A stretch of DNA of 64,000 bases from the IMG/VR virus record IMGVR_UViG_3300018494_000083; one strand, 5' to 3'. The DNA comes from a virus. Lineage: Duplodnaviria > Caudoviricetes. The notes under the pieces are model-generated. The model saw nothing but the letters and a program-made list of their open reading frames with translations, searched no databases and was not told the origin of the DNA. Positions 41,988 to 52,644 of this stretch are shown here, in pieces; within the stretch, counting starts at the first letter, position 1, and every line of letters starts with the position of its first letter. Both the position numbers and the translations under genes were made by a program.

Positions 41988-43163
41988 TTACTTGATACCC
42001 TTTCTCTCTAATGTTTTTGCACTGATGTATTTACGGATCTCATCCTCTGAGATCCGTGTATTTCTTTCAATCAATGCCCATAATCTTATTCGTTCGACGA
42101 TATCTAAGCCGTCTTGTAGATATGGCTTTTTCTCTCGTCGTTCGGTTCCAACTGTCTCCTGTTCATATGACTTCTCGGACAGTACTTTGAAACCTAAGGT
42201 TATATCGGTGTTTTTTGAGAAATACTTCTTTAACATCCCTATTTTTACAGTTGTATCTTCCTTATCAATACAAGTTACTTTAAGGGATAACTTGTCGACC
42301 TTATGGTCCTTGATATAGTTGTCTACATAGGAAGCTATTTCATCAACTGTATTTGTCTCTATGAAGTTATTAGAGAGCTTAAGAGTTGCGAAATTGAAAG
42401 TATATTCATTGACGACCTTATCAACTCGGTAACATCCTTCTTCTTGGATATATGAAACTATATTCCAACCTTTATCCTCTTCTTCCCCATGACAAGTTCT
42501 GAGGGCTGAGCCTACATAGAAAAACTTATCATTGAAGTTCATAGGTGTATGGATGTGACCAGCCAAGATAGGTCCTCGACAGACATTGTAAAACTGAGAC
42601 AGCTTGAAGATGGGTGCCGAAGAGTCCAAGTTCTCACTATTCTGTGTAGTGAACTGACAGGGCTCTATGGTACCATGCATGAATATCATATCAAAGTAAT
42701 CTCTTGGTTTATCAAAGATCTCTTTGTAGTATTCATCTGTATCTTCTTTTATGTAGTTCTCAGCAATGTATGCATATTTATGACCATCAATTTCTTCTAT
42801 CATGAAGTCATTGATAATCTTAAAATCGATACCAAAATCATATTCATAGTGAGCAATCGTATTGAGCTGATCGAGATCATGAGACTTCGTTCCTTTGATA
42901 ACTCGTACAAATGCTCCATGAGATTTGGCTATCTTGATTAGTGCAGCAATGAACCATTGGAATACATCAGCGTATTCGGAATTCATTGATATTTGATAGT
43001 GAAGCGTGTCACCACATAGTACAATACCATCTAAGTATGCAATATTTTTGAGCTTTTCAATAATGCCGTGTTTTAGCTGATATTTGTATTCTTTATGAGA
43101 GATTGATCTATTGCCGATATGAACGTCCGCAATAGCGGCAATGATTTTAAATCCTCTATTCAT
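41988..43163 (-). CDS. SbcD/Mre11-like nuclease
   Basis: ADVHIG, CGDTLH, GTKSHD, FMHG, AGHIH metallophosphoesterase motifs in a replication cluster. Confidence 0.85.
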   Translation of the reverse strand: MNRGFKIIAAIADVHIGNRSISHKEYKYQLKHGIIEKLKNIAYLDGIVLCGDTLHYQISMNSEYADVFQWFIAALIKIAKSHGAFVRVIKGTKSHDLDQLNTIAHYEYDFGIDFKIINDFMIEEIDGHKYAYIAENYIKEDTDEYYKEIFDKPRDYFDMIFMHGTIEPCQFTTQNSENLDSSAPIFKLSQFYNVCRGPILAGHIHTPMNFNDKFFYVGSALRTCHGEEEDKGWNIVSYIQEEGCYRVDKVVNEYTFNFATLKLSNNFIETNTVDEIASYVDNYIKDHKVDKLSLKVTCIDKEDTTVKIGMLKKYFSKNTDITLGFKVLSEKSYEQETVGTERREKKPYLQDGLDIVERIRLWALIERNTRISEDEIRKYISAKTLERKGIK

Positions 43164-43218
43164 TTAAGCACTCCTTTCATCGTTATTCAATACTATAATG
43201 TATATCTTTAAAAGGTTT

Positions 43219-43935
43219 TTATTCCCAGTCCTGATCTATTACGTTCATAAAACGGTACAATCCGGTAGCCGCCATGAAAGCGTTATAATAGAAGTCAATA
43301 TCTCCACCAGGAACTTCATCGATCGTTTTAAGGACACCTTTAGTACCTCTTTTCTTATCGAGTCTGAGAACTGCGACTTGTTCGATGTGTTCACCATACT
43401 GGTCTTCATACATCTTGGCATATGCAGCCAATTGCATATACATTGTAGGATGAAAGTCTGAGCTTGTTTTAAAGTCGATAATAGTAAGCTTTCCTTTATA
43501 TCGACAGAGCAGATCAAGAGTTCCACCGTAGAAGTCACAAACCATTTTGACTTCTGTATCAATGGGATCTATCTCATCACCATGATCTCTCCACCAGAGT
43601 AAGAACGAGTTAATTGCATTTCTCGTCTTCTCATTCATTTCATATGGAAGGCTATCTATCTCAACGTTGACATTATATCTTTCCGATCTTCTGTCAAAGA
43701 TGAAACTTTCGATATAATTATGTGCAAGCGATCCTATGACACTTGCATCGTTTAATTCTTTAGTGAGTGACTTCCTCTTCCAGCCAAGTGAGTTTGCCCA
43801 CTGCATGAGACTTTCTTTACCGATAACTTTCAGCACAGTCGTAACAGATGGCACTCTATTACCAGGATATGACTCATAATTTGTATGATCTGTAGAAAGA
43901 GGAATTTGATACTTTTTTCTACTGGAAATTCTCAT
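43219..43935 (-). CDS. PD-(D/E)XK exonuclease (RecB/Cas4-like superfamily)
   Basis: VPSVTTVL, GTLDLL, IIDFKTS, QLAAY. Confidence 0.85.
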   Translation of the reverse strand: MRISSRKKYQIPLSTDHTNYESYPGNRVPSVTTVLKVIGKESLMQWANSLGWKRKSLTKELNDASVIGSLAHNYIESFIFDRRSERYNVNVEIDSLPYEMNEKTRNAINSFLLWWRDHGDEIDPIDTEVKMVCDFYGGTLDLLCRYKGKLTIIDFKTSSDFHPTMYMQLAAYAKMYEDQYGEHIEQVAVLRLDKKRGTKGVLKTIDEVPGGDIDFYYNAFMAATGLYRFMNVIDQDWE

Positions 43936-44043
43936 AATAATCTCCTTTCTCTTAATATTTTGTCCTCGGCGTTCTAAAAGATTAGAAAACTTCTTATATT
44001 TAGATCTTTCAAATTTATAGTGTATAACCTAGTAGAGTTTTGA

Positions 44044-46179
44044 ACTCCGGCAATGATTAATGTTGAGAATGAGAATAGATGGTGGTGGACGCATGAGAAA
44101 GGTTATGGCGGAGATTGGTCATATAGTCCACGAGATAAAGATCATGGTTGGATACTCCAACCCAAATCTATAAAGGAACAACAGCCGGAGCATCTAGAGT
44201 ATTCTCTTTAAATCTTGCTGGTTGGGCATATGATTGGTATGTAGATCCGAGAGATATCAATGGTAAGTCCAAGATTACATGTCTATGATGACAATACTAG
44301 AGGTACAATAATAATTTTGAGTGGGTATAGTCAAGATTGGGGATATCCACAATCCTTATCGTATATACTCCATATATCAATCTAGATGGACAGACAATAA
44401 ATGCTAAAATGAATTCATTAATAATATCCCAATGGGGCACTTTGATTATTTATTGGGCTTCTGGTGAGTTTATCCAAGATGGTGTCCTACTCCTAAATCA
44501 ATAATGTGGGGACAAACAGAAAATCATATTTACCATAATCATATAGTTACTCAATATGGCGATATGAATCATGATTTCTGGGTAATTCTTGAACGTGGTG
44601 TAAATTACTCCTAATGCACATCTTACTGCATTGACCCATCAAAATACTATCAATGTCATTCGAGATCCAGGTGAAATTAATTACTATACATATCCTTATA
44701 ATTCGAATCATACGTATGATTACTCCGTTTAATGATCCATATAAATTATCGACTATATTCTTTATAATTACCACAGATTCAATATCTTCATATGGTACAG
44801 GTAAACAGTATTCATATGATACAAATGGTCGATACTCCAATTAAGTCGTTCAAAAACACTGATGATTCGGCTCGCAGATATCATACAATAATGGATACTA
44901 ACGGTCAAGCTCTATTAGACGGTTGGTATGCTATATATGGATTTAGAGGTGTGCTACTCCAGTATTAATAGGATTTCCAGGAAATAGTGACCAATATGCA
45001 TCTCTTGGCTGGCGAATGGCTCAAATACCAGATTGGGGACATGGGCATTCATCATATGATACTGGTTATTCGTATGGATCTTGACTCCATTATTTAATAA
45101 TTCTAGTATTCAAACATGGCATTGCAATGCATTTAAAGCTATTTATAAAGGAAGTGATGGCACATATGACCAGAATTGGATAATTGGTGTCTATACTCCA
45201 CATTTTCTGTACCATATTCCAAACTTTACAATGTTCACAGATATAGATGGACAATCAAGACCAAATTATTCTATGTACGGTCAATTTCCTCAGAGTAATG
45301 GTTCAACTCCTAGTATATCTATAACAACTGAAAAGTCTCCTCGAAGTAGTTACATTAACTCTTCCGGAAGTATCGGACTTGCAGCATATGCACAATTTGG
45401 ATATGGTTCACTCCACATTTTTTATATATCTATGCTGAATATGCCATGCTTATTAGTCCATCTGGCACGAGCGATGTCAACTGGAATAGTACATTAGGTA
45501 GCCGTCCACACGAGATAGGTGATTTACTCCAGGTACTATGAAACCAACAGATAACCATCCACGCCATACATATATAATGAATAATGGTAGAGGTGGAGAT
45601 GGCGCATATGTTCAGTTCTCGTATGATCTACTCCAAGTCTTGACCAATTTGATATGAATAATAACTGGTATGCACCATGCATAATTAATACTGGACAAGG
45701 CTCATTTGGTCATACTGGTACATCTGGTAAAGATGGAGACTCCAGATGATAGATTTATCAATGCAAATAAATTTACGAATATAGATGTTATTACACCAGT
45801 TGGATATGTATCAAATGGTTATGGATTAGTATATCAAAAACATGGTATCAGATACTCCTAGTTATGAGTACGATGCATGGTATAAACACATATCTGCAAT
45901 AAATCAATCAGGTTCTGGAATTGCGGATAGTTTTGAATGGATCTGGGGTGTTTATATACTCCAGATGTATTAGATACAATATATACATATTATTTTCACC
46001 TAATATATAATGCAGGACTAAGTACAGGTGGAGGTTATTTATTTCCAGGCGGATTAGGAGGTGTATCTACTCCATGGTCGCAATATTATTCTCAAACTTC
46101 CGAATACCACATGGGTTTATTTAAGCTGATAACTGAAACGGAATACACATCACAGTTACTAGCATACTTATCGTATGGT
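44044..46179 (+). repeat. Variable-region cassette array A (19 units, ACTCC-anchored)
   Basis: Unit starts 44044, 44154, 44266 (AGTCC), 44367, 44489, 44607, 44722, 44834, 44956, 45084, 45195, 45306, 45410, 45526, 45630, 45739, 45854, 45958, 46069 (spacing 101-128). All 19 are stop-free from the TP codon; unit 2 is 110/111 identical to 59213-59103. Confidence 0.93.
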
Positions 46180-46238
46180 CTCTCGACTTATTTTTCTGAC
46201 ATTATATTAATCAATATTGACAAGTGAGGTATATTATT

Positions 46239-47189
46239 ATGAAAGTACTGAGTAATACTTCTGTATATAACTATGCCGAACTTCTTGGTGGAGCCAAACT
46301 CAGTGCTGCTATTAAATCGCTTATCGATGATAAACATGGAGCAGTATATGTAACCGAATCTCAGTTAGAAGATGTATTCTATAAGATTCGCCACAAGAGT
46401 TTCAACTTCAAAGCTAAGTTCGGTGTAATCGATTTATTCCGTAAAGGAGTAATTCGTCTTGTTTATAACGAGAAGGTTAAACTCACCGTTGCAGTTCCTT
46501 TCTTTGCATATAAGATGCAGAATGGTAAACTCGGTGTAGTTGTCAACATTTCCAACTATGCACATCTTGAGAAAGATGGCTCTATTAAGATCGATCCTCT
46601 GGTTCTTTATTCTCTCATGGTTGCAGGTGCTTATAGTCTCCAAGCAGAGACTCAGCAGGCTATTCTTGCTACCAATGGACTTCCTGAGTTCTATGCTGAT
46701 CTGTTCGTATCTGTGGTTGCTCGTATGAGTAATCTCGATATGATTCGTCGCGAAAAGATCAAGTTCATCATGACTAAGTTCATGTGCATGAATCTCGGAA
46801 TGGACGAACCCAGAGCATCCAGTGCAGCTAAGAAGGTCATCAAGAATCTCGATGACTATAGCGTTGAGCAGCTTGATCTTGCAATTCCGGTTGCAGCATA
46901 TGTAGATCTTGATAATCTCATCAACGCTCTTCGTGAAGCACTTCCTGAAATCTCGGGTATCACTTATGGTATGATCTTCGACCGTTGGATTAAATCCTAT
47001 GGTGAAGCTACTGGATTTGCACTCGAATATATTCCTTTCTTCATCCTGACATTTGTCGCTCTTATTACTAACTGTAATAGTCTTGCTAACGTTAAGACTA
47101 TTGAGCGTGAAGCAAATAAGGATGCAAGAAGACTTGTAACTCTGTACGACCGTATTGAGACCGCTGTACAGGTTTCCGCAAACATTTAA
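46239..47189 (+). CDS. Hypothetical protein (possibly virion)
   Basis: ~316 aa ORF, GAGGT RBS, GACA-N6-TA motif upstream. Confidence 0.8.
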   Translation: MKVLSNTSVYNYAELLGGAKLSAAIKSLIDDKHGAVYVTESQLEDVFYKIRHKSFNFKAKFGVIDLFRKGVIRLVYNEKVKLTVAVPFFAYKMQNGKLGVVVNISNYAHLEKDGSIKIDPLVLYSLMVAGAYSLQAETQQAILATNGLPEFYADLFVSVVARMSNLDMIRREKIKFIMTKFMCMNLGMDEPRASSAAKKVIKNLDDYSVEQLDLAIPVAAYVDLDNLINALREALPEISGITYGMIFDRWIKSYGEATGFALEYIPFFILTFVALITNCNSLANVKTIEREANKDARRLVTLYDRIETAVQVSANI

Positions 47190-47277
47190 CAAAAAAAAAT
47201 AAAATTCGGGAGAGGCTTCAACCTCTCCCGATATGTTTATATATTTTTAGCCAACAAGCAACATATAAATAATGATG

Positions 47278-47460
47278 TTAAAATATTGGAGTCAAATTTT
47301 TCATAGGATATCCTTTCCCGTGTGCAGTAATGATTGGTTGCAGCAACGGTTTCTTCTTATGAATAATAGGATTTTTCGCTACCGCTTCGTTATGGCAGTC
47401 ACAAACCACTTTCAGTAGTTGTGGATGCTTGCAACAAAGGCGAATAAAATTATCGCTCAT
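47278..47460 (-). CDS. Small hypothetical protein, copy 1
   Basis: 60 aa, AAGGAG RBS, paralog of 47689-47871. Confidence 0.7.
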   Translation of the reverse strand: MSDNFIRLCCKHPQLLKVVCDCHNEAVAKNPIIHKKKPLLQPIITAHGKGYPMKNLTPIF

Positions 47461-47688
47461 ATTGAGATCTCCTTTCGATATATTTCGAATTTGACATCAT
47501 AACCTAGGTTGACGGATAAGAGGGCTGACTCTTATCCGTCTTTTCCTTGATTATTATATCATATTCATAAATATGGTGTATAATTAAGTCTTATTTTAAA
47601 CTAAAAAAAATAAAATTCGGGAGAGGTTGAAGCCTCTCCCGATATGTTTATATATTTTTAGTCAACAAGCAACATATAAATAATGATG

Positions 47689-47871
47689 TTAGATTATTGG
47701 TGTTATATTCTTCATAGGATATCCATTTCCACTCGTTGTGATTTTCGGCATCAACAGTGGTTTATTCTTATGAATAACCGGATTTTTCAATACACCTTCA
47801 TTGTGGCAATCACAAACAACTTTCAACAGTTGCGGATACTCACGGCAAAGGCGAATGAGGTTATCACTCAT
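47689..47871 (-). CDS. Small hypothetical protein, copy 2
   Basis: 60 aa, AAGGAG RBS, clear paralog of copy 1. Confidence 0.7.
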   Translation of the reverse strand: MSDNLIRLCREYPQLLKVVCDCHNEGVLKNPVIHKNKPLLMPKITTSGNGYPMKNITPII

Positions 47872-48074
47872 GCTAAGTATCTCCTTTCAATGAATTTGAA
47901 TTTGACATCATAACCTAGGTTGGCGGATAAGAGTTGCAGCTCTTATCCGTCTTTTTCCTTGATTATTATATCATATTCATAAATATGGTGTATAATTAAG
48001 TCTTATTTCAACTCAAAAAAAATAAAAATATGGAGATAGGCATTTCTGCCTATCTCCTTTATTTGTCGTTATTT

Positions 48075-48257
48075 TTAACTGCGAGGTCTGAAGCATTCGA
48101 CAAGAACACATACAGTTACAGAACCAATCAGATACCACCATGCAGGACTGCAAACCTCAATACCAGCTAATGGTGCAAGATTAAAGCATACCATGATAGC
48201 AAGTAATCTGATAATGCTATGAATGGTTGATTTATATTTCTTAATAAAATCCATCAT
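48075..48257 (-). CDS. Small two-TM membrane protein
   Basis: 60 aa, two hydrophobic segments. Confidence 0.6.
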   Translation of the reverse strand: MMDFIKKYKSTIHSIIRLLAIMVCFNLAPLAGIEVCSPAWWYLIGSVTVCVLVECFRPRS

Positions 48258-48991
48258 AACTCATTCTTTCCTTTGTGTTCTTTATCTTTGTTCTTCTTGA
48301 CTTTATCTTCAAAGTCTTTCATATCCTTCTCACGCTTCTGATGATGTTTCTTAAGGGCTTCATCCATAGAACCGAGATCTGACTCAGAAGGTACGCCGTG
48401 ATATACCTTGGGAGTAAATGCACCGGTTACAAAGACAGGTTTACCAGTTCCTTCATCGGGATATTTAGGATACTGCTGATCCTGCATCTGTTCAGTTCCA
48501 GTAGAACCAAATCCACCCTGACCACGATCGGTTGTTCCAAGCTCCTCAAGAGTTTGAACTTCAAGGAACTTAGCAGCTTTATACTCAAGGAAAATTCCCT
48601 GGCATACACGCTCACCAATCTTGATAGTTCTGGTTTCGGTGGGATGAAGATTCTTGAGACAGATCATAATCTCTCCACGGTAATCCGCATCGATAGTGCC
48701 AGGCGTGTTGGCAACGATAAGATCTTTCTTACAAGCCATTCCACTTCTCGGAACGATAGCAAGATAATATCCTTTGGGAATAGCCATATGAATTCCAGTG
48801 TGAACCATGACTCTTCCAAAAGGTTTGATCTCACACTCATCCTTCTTAACCTTTACCAGATTATTCATATCAGAAGGGATTTCGAATGAATATGAATAAA
48901 GATCAATACCAGCTGCATCTTCCGAACCATAAGTAGGAAGAATTACATCAGGATGATCTCTGAAAATTTGAACGTCGATAAATGACTTCAT
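48254..48991 (-). CDS. dut: Trimeric dUTPase with C-terminal extension
   Basis: AAGIDL, VPRSG, GTIDADYRGEI, GERVCQG, RGQGGFGSTG. Confidence 0.95.
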   Translation of the reverse strand: MKSFIDVQIFRDHPDVILPTYGSEDAAGIDLYSYSFEIPSDMNNLVKVKKDECEIKPFGRVMVHTGIHMAIPKGYYLAIVPRSGMACKKDLIVANTPGTIDADYRGEIMICLKNLHPTETRTIKIGERVCQGIFLEYKAAKFLEVQTLEELGTTDRGQGGFGSTGTEQMQDQQYPKYPDEGTGKPVFVTGAFTPKVYHGVPSESDLGSMDEALKKHHQKREKDMKDFEDKVKKNKDKEHKGKNEL

Positions 48992-49002
48992 TGTATCACC
49001 TC

Positions 49003-50064
49003 TCAGTTATAGTGAATAAGTACGTCGATTGCGCTATCAATCTCGTACGCGAACATGTAGTTTCGAATGTGGGTTCTCCACTGCTCTGTTATTTCTTCGT
49101 CGATCATCTTGGCTACTGCATCATCGGGAATACGTTTATTTCCATATTTCTCAGTTGCCTTACCAACAAGAGCATCAAATTGATAATAGAGAGTATCGGT
49201 GAAATGCTTAAGATAAGTCTGGATGTTGTTTGCAGGAGAAGAATGATTCTCCAGAGAGATACAATGGATGATATAAGCAATCATTTTGTAGATTCTCTTA
49301 ACACCAGCCTTAATAGGATAAGTAGGAATTAGAACCTTGTAGATATTTTTACCTACATCAGACCAAGGCTCACTCATCACATCAAATGTCTGACTGACTG
49401 CCATATACTGGGAAGTCGTGAGAGACATATAGGGATGTGTACAAGCAATGATATCACTTCTATCGAGCCCAAAAGGCGTTCCGGTATGAGTGAGAAGATT
49501 ACCATTCTCGTTCATCTCAGAAACGGTCTTATTATAAGACTCAAGGTCGTCAGTAAGCATATATTTAATGCTTGCAATCGGCATATTCTTCCAAGTCGAG
49601 TTGTTATGGAACAACATGATCTGATAACCATCGAAGATACGGCTATAGTAGGAAGCAATTGCCTTCTGCTGATCATCACTCTTATCTTCTTCGGAAGTAA
49701 GATTCTTGAATGCCTTATAGGTCTTCAGATAATTCTGATTCTCCTCATTTGTTAACGGGATAATACCGAGGTATCTATCTTTGTCAGCAAATGCATTATT
49801 CAGATCCTGTACATATGCAGCGAGAAGTTTAAGCACTCTGTCGTTGCATACTCGGATAAATTCGATAATTGTCTTACCGAACTCAGGATCTTCTTCTTCA
49901 CGAGCAGCTGTCTCAGGCTCAATGTTGATCATATTCAAAGTAGAAGATATGATACTTACAATCGAGTCATAAGCAGGCTGCATAAGCTTGTTGAAGAATG
50001 CAACGTCGATACCAATATCTCTATTGGTATCTTCGCCGCAAACTACGAGATTTATTTTTTTCAT
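49003..50064 (-). CDS. Hypothetical protein
   Basis: 353 aa ORF. Confidence 0.8.
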   Translation of the reverse strand: MKKINLVVCGEDTNRDIGIDVAFFNKLMQPAYDSIVSIISSTLNMINIEPETAAREEEDPEFGKTIIEFIRVCNDRVLKLLAAYVQDLNNAFADKDRYLGIIPLTNEENQNYLKTYKAFKNLTSEEDKSDDQQKAIASYYSRIFDGYQIMLFHNNSTWKNMPIASIKYMLTDDLESYNKTVSEMNENGNLLTHTGTPFGLDRSDIIACTHPYMSLTTSQYMAVSQTFDVMSEPWSDVGKNIYKVLIPTYPIKAGVKRIYKMIAYIIHCISLENHSSPANNIQTYLKHFTDTLYYQFDALVGKATEKYGNKRIPDDAVAKMIDEEITEQWRTHIRNYMFAYEIDSAIDVLIHYN

Positions 50065-50075
50065 ATCTCGGCTCC

Positions 50076-50510
50076 TTAGGGACGAATTCTGGTCATCTGA
50101 ACGAAGCCATCTTCAATCGTTGTGGTCTTAGGCTTACCATCTTTCTTACCAGACTTCTTACCCTTCTTTTTCTTTTTCTTGGAATCCTTCTTGGACTTAT
50201 CATCCTTTTCCTTCTTAGATTCCTTAGAGTCCTTCTTCTTTTTCTTCTTCTTACCCTTCTTATCCTTGTTATCGGAATCGGAAAGACCAAGATGCTTAGC
50301 AGCGAACTCTACGATCTCTGCAGGAGTAGCCTTTTCACCGTCGATCTTGAAACAGAGCTTTACTTCATTGTAATCCATGTCTGCAAGAATGTCTTTTCTG
50401 AAGAGCTCAGTCTTTGCGAGAAGATACAGATTCTTAAGCTGCTTATCATTCTCAATCTTCAGGGTGGTGGTTTTCTCCTTGTTAGCCGAGGAATAGATTT
50501 TTACTTTCAT
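50076..50510 (-). CDS. Hypothetical protein with Lys-rich histone-like tail
   Basis: 144 aa; DKKGKKKKKKKDSKESKKEK... Confidence 0.75.
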   Translation of the reverse strand: MKVKIYSSANKEKTTTLKIENDKQLKNLYLLAKTELFRKDILADMDYNEVKLCFKIDGEKATPAEIVEFAAKHLGLSDSDNKDKKGKKKKKKKDSKESKKEKDDKSKKDSKKKKKKGKKSGKKDGKPKTTTIEDGFVQMTRIRP

Positions 50511-50551
50511 GGTGCGGGTTTCCTTTCATTTTATATTATAATTATTTAGTA

Positions 50552-51316
50552 TCATGCCCAGTCTTCTGTTGAGTGATTGATGTGTCTCTTCTCAAACAGT
50601 TGACGCATAATGTCGAGAGAATTGGAAATAGACCAATCTCTATGAGAATCAATCATATTGGGTTTCTTCTCATCTTCATCAAGAAGTCCAATTTGAATGA
50701 TCTTCTTACCCCAACCGTATCCTAAGATAGCGGGGGGTACATGAGTAACAAGGTCACCGAAGTTTCTCAACGGATAGAAATGACTGAATCTTTCCTTGAC
50801 TTTCTTAGGAAGAATTCCCCAAGTAAATCTAGGACATCCAAATCCATATCCGAGAACCATTACTCGGTCACCAAATAAGTACTGCATATCCTCTGTGCAG
50901 AATCCTGATAAGGCTGCTCCATGAGAATATCCACATACTACAATCTTCTCAGTATCCTTATGTAAGTTAAGAAGATTTCTTACAGTTCTTATAATGGCAT
51001 CGTTCATAGACTTATATACATTCAGGAATCCAGCATGACCTCTCCAAGGTTCGTCCTGATCCTTGTAGGCATGAGGCGGGAAATAGAAATTCGACCACCA
51101 GTCAACGAGAGAATCAGTCTGTTCAAAGTGAATGTAAATTGTCTTGTTTGCATAGGAGACATGATAATCACCATCGTTGTCGGTATGAGTATACATATCG
51201 TTATTATGGAGATAACAGTTCCTATTATAAAGCTCATAAAGATCGATGCCATATTTCTCTTTATGCTCTTTGAACAATGCGATGGTCTCTGCCATCTTCT
51301 TGTTAATTTTTCTCAT
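50552..51316 (-). CDS. Lipase class 3 (alpha/beta hydrolase)
   Basis: HAGF, VVCGYSHGAAL nucleophile elbow, FGCPR, DLVTHVPP. Confidence 0.88.
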   Translation of the reverse strand: MRKINKKMAETIALFKEHKEKYGIDLYELYNRNCYLHNNDMYTHTDNDGDYHVSYANKTIYIHFEQTDSLVDWWSNFYFPPHAYKDQDEPWRGHAGFLNVYKSMNDAIIRTVRNLLNLHKDTEKIVVCGYSHGAALSGFCTEDMQYLFGDRVMVLGYGFGCPRFTWGILPKKVKERFSHFYPLRNFGDLVTHVPPAILGYGWGKKIIQIGLLDEDEKKPNMIDSHRDWSISNSLDIMRQLFEKRHINHSTEDWA

Positions 51317-51317
51317 T

Positions 51318-52244
51318 TTATTCCTCCAATCCCGGAATAGCCGGAATATACTTATGAATGAATTCGATGAGATCCTTTTTCTTGGTTTTCGTTCCGTTTA
51401 GTTTCGTTATCTTATTAATGATCTTATAGTAGAATGCCTCGTTACTTGATTCGAGTTTCTCAATTACATCTGGGAAGAATCTCGGAATTATCAGATTACT
51501 CAGAGTCTGGTCCTTCTTGAAGTTCCACTTGTACTCATATCTGTGTTCTTCTTCCCATATTTCTTCAAACGGAGCATCTGGATTCTCTGGTGCTGAAGTT
51601 TCATAGACTCTCATATCGCAACGAATGTCTACTTTATCGATCTTATTAATAAACTTCTTTCTTACCTTAAAGTAGATATTTTCAGTATATCTCATAAGGC
51701 TGAATTTGGTCCCAGGTTCTTGCTCTTTTCTCATCTTATACTTCTTCTTATTGAATGTAATAAGAGGAGGGAAAGTTTCGCCTTCTTGAACCATGTAATC
51801 AATATCCTTGTAGAACTTAGATACTCCGTTATATTTATATCGGATATTTTCCTTGTCATAACGGATTCTTAAGTTCTCAAATACATATAGATAATTACAT
51901 TCATGAACCCAGAATGAATCATTTAATACATTCTCCGTTATCAAAATCTCCAGCATCTTAGCAAAGAGTTTATCGGTAGTATCGTAGCTATATGTATGGT
52001 GTATCCACGGGTTTAGGTCTCCATCCATTAATGGACCATCTAGAAAACTATATCTAAATTTGATATTTTTCATATCTTTAATTTTGTTATAAGTCTTCGG
52101 GTTCATCTTTACATATGCGGTACCATATAAACATGAATGGACTTCAAGTAAGATAAAACTTACTTTGTTTTCTTTCACGGATCGTCCATCTTCAAGTGGA
52201 TGATATTTTCCGCTACGGTAACAAACTATACCGTTCATATTCAC
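51318..52244 (-). CDS. Hypothetical protein
   Basis: 308 aa ORF with upstream promoter motif. Confidence 0.75.
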   Translation of the reverse strand: MNMNGIVCYRSGKYHPLEDGRSVKENKVSFILLEVHSCLYGTAYVKMNPKTYNKIKDMKNIKFRYSFLDGPLMDGDLNPWIHHTYSYDTTDKLFAKMLEILITENVLNDSFWVHECNYLYVFENLRIRYDKENIRYKYNGVSKFYKDIDYMVQEGETFPPLITFNKKKYKMRKEQEPGTKFSLMRYTENIYFKVRKKFINKIDKVDIRCDMRVYETSAPENPDAPFEEIWEEEHRYEYKWNFKKDQTLSNLIIPRFFPDVIEKLESSNEAFYYKIINKITKLNGTKTKKKDLIEFIHKYIPAIPGLEE

Positions 52245-52335
52245 ACTCCTTTCGTGAATATAATGTATATTTACATCTTATTTTGTTCATATGAAAAACA
52301 ATAGGCATGGGATTTTCACCCATGCCTAGTTTTTA

Positions 52336-52638
52336 TCATTCAATATCCATGTCAGTGAGATAGAACTTCTCCTGGCTATTCATAGGAACGCAGGCTTCAG
52401 TGAAGAGTCTACCTTTAGAGTCCATGATCTTATATTGCTGACGAGTGTCCTTATAAACAAGGTACTCTTTTCCGAATTTAACAATCGTTGAGTAGGAAGC
52501 TACCTGCTTTACAGTAGCCAGATATTCTTCCTGCTTGACTTTGTTCATTCTGAGATATTTATTATATTCAACGAAGTCGAGAGTAGGAGTAATTCTTCCC
52601 TCTTCAACTTCAGCAGTTTCCATAATCATCTCATCCAT
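52336..52638 (-). CDS. Hypothetical protein (last gene of the RT operon)
   Basis: 100 aa ORF followed by a terminator at ~52301-52328. Confidence 0.7.
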   Translation of the reverse strand: MDEMIMETAEVEEGRITPTLDFVEYNKYLRMNKVKQEEYLATVKQVASYSTIVKFGKEYLVYKDTRQQYKIMDSKGRLFTEACVPMNSQEKFYLTDMDIE

Positions 52639-52644
52639 TGTAGA

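Larger units (their letters stand above)
47192..48010. repeat. Tandem duplication, ~411 bp period (promoter + hairpin + 60-aa ORF + terminator)
   Basis: Near-identical non-coding blocks at 47207/47618 and ~47540/~47950. Confidence 0.9.

Noticed and set aside
45081-45497. ORF-track ORFs inside the arrays (also 44653-44844, 45937-46227, 14251-14511) as real genes
   Set aside because: They are in-frame runs of neighbouring cassettes with no RBS; most joints shift frame.
44044-46179. CRISPR array interpretation of arrays A and B
   Set aside because: The conserved element is only 5-6 nt, units are 100-137 nt and coding-constrained, and there is no cas operon in the window.
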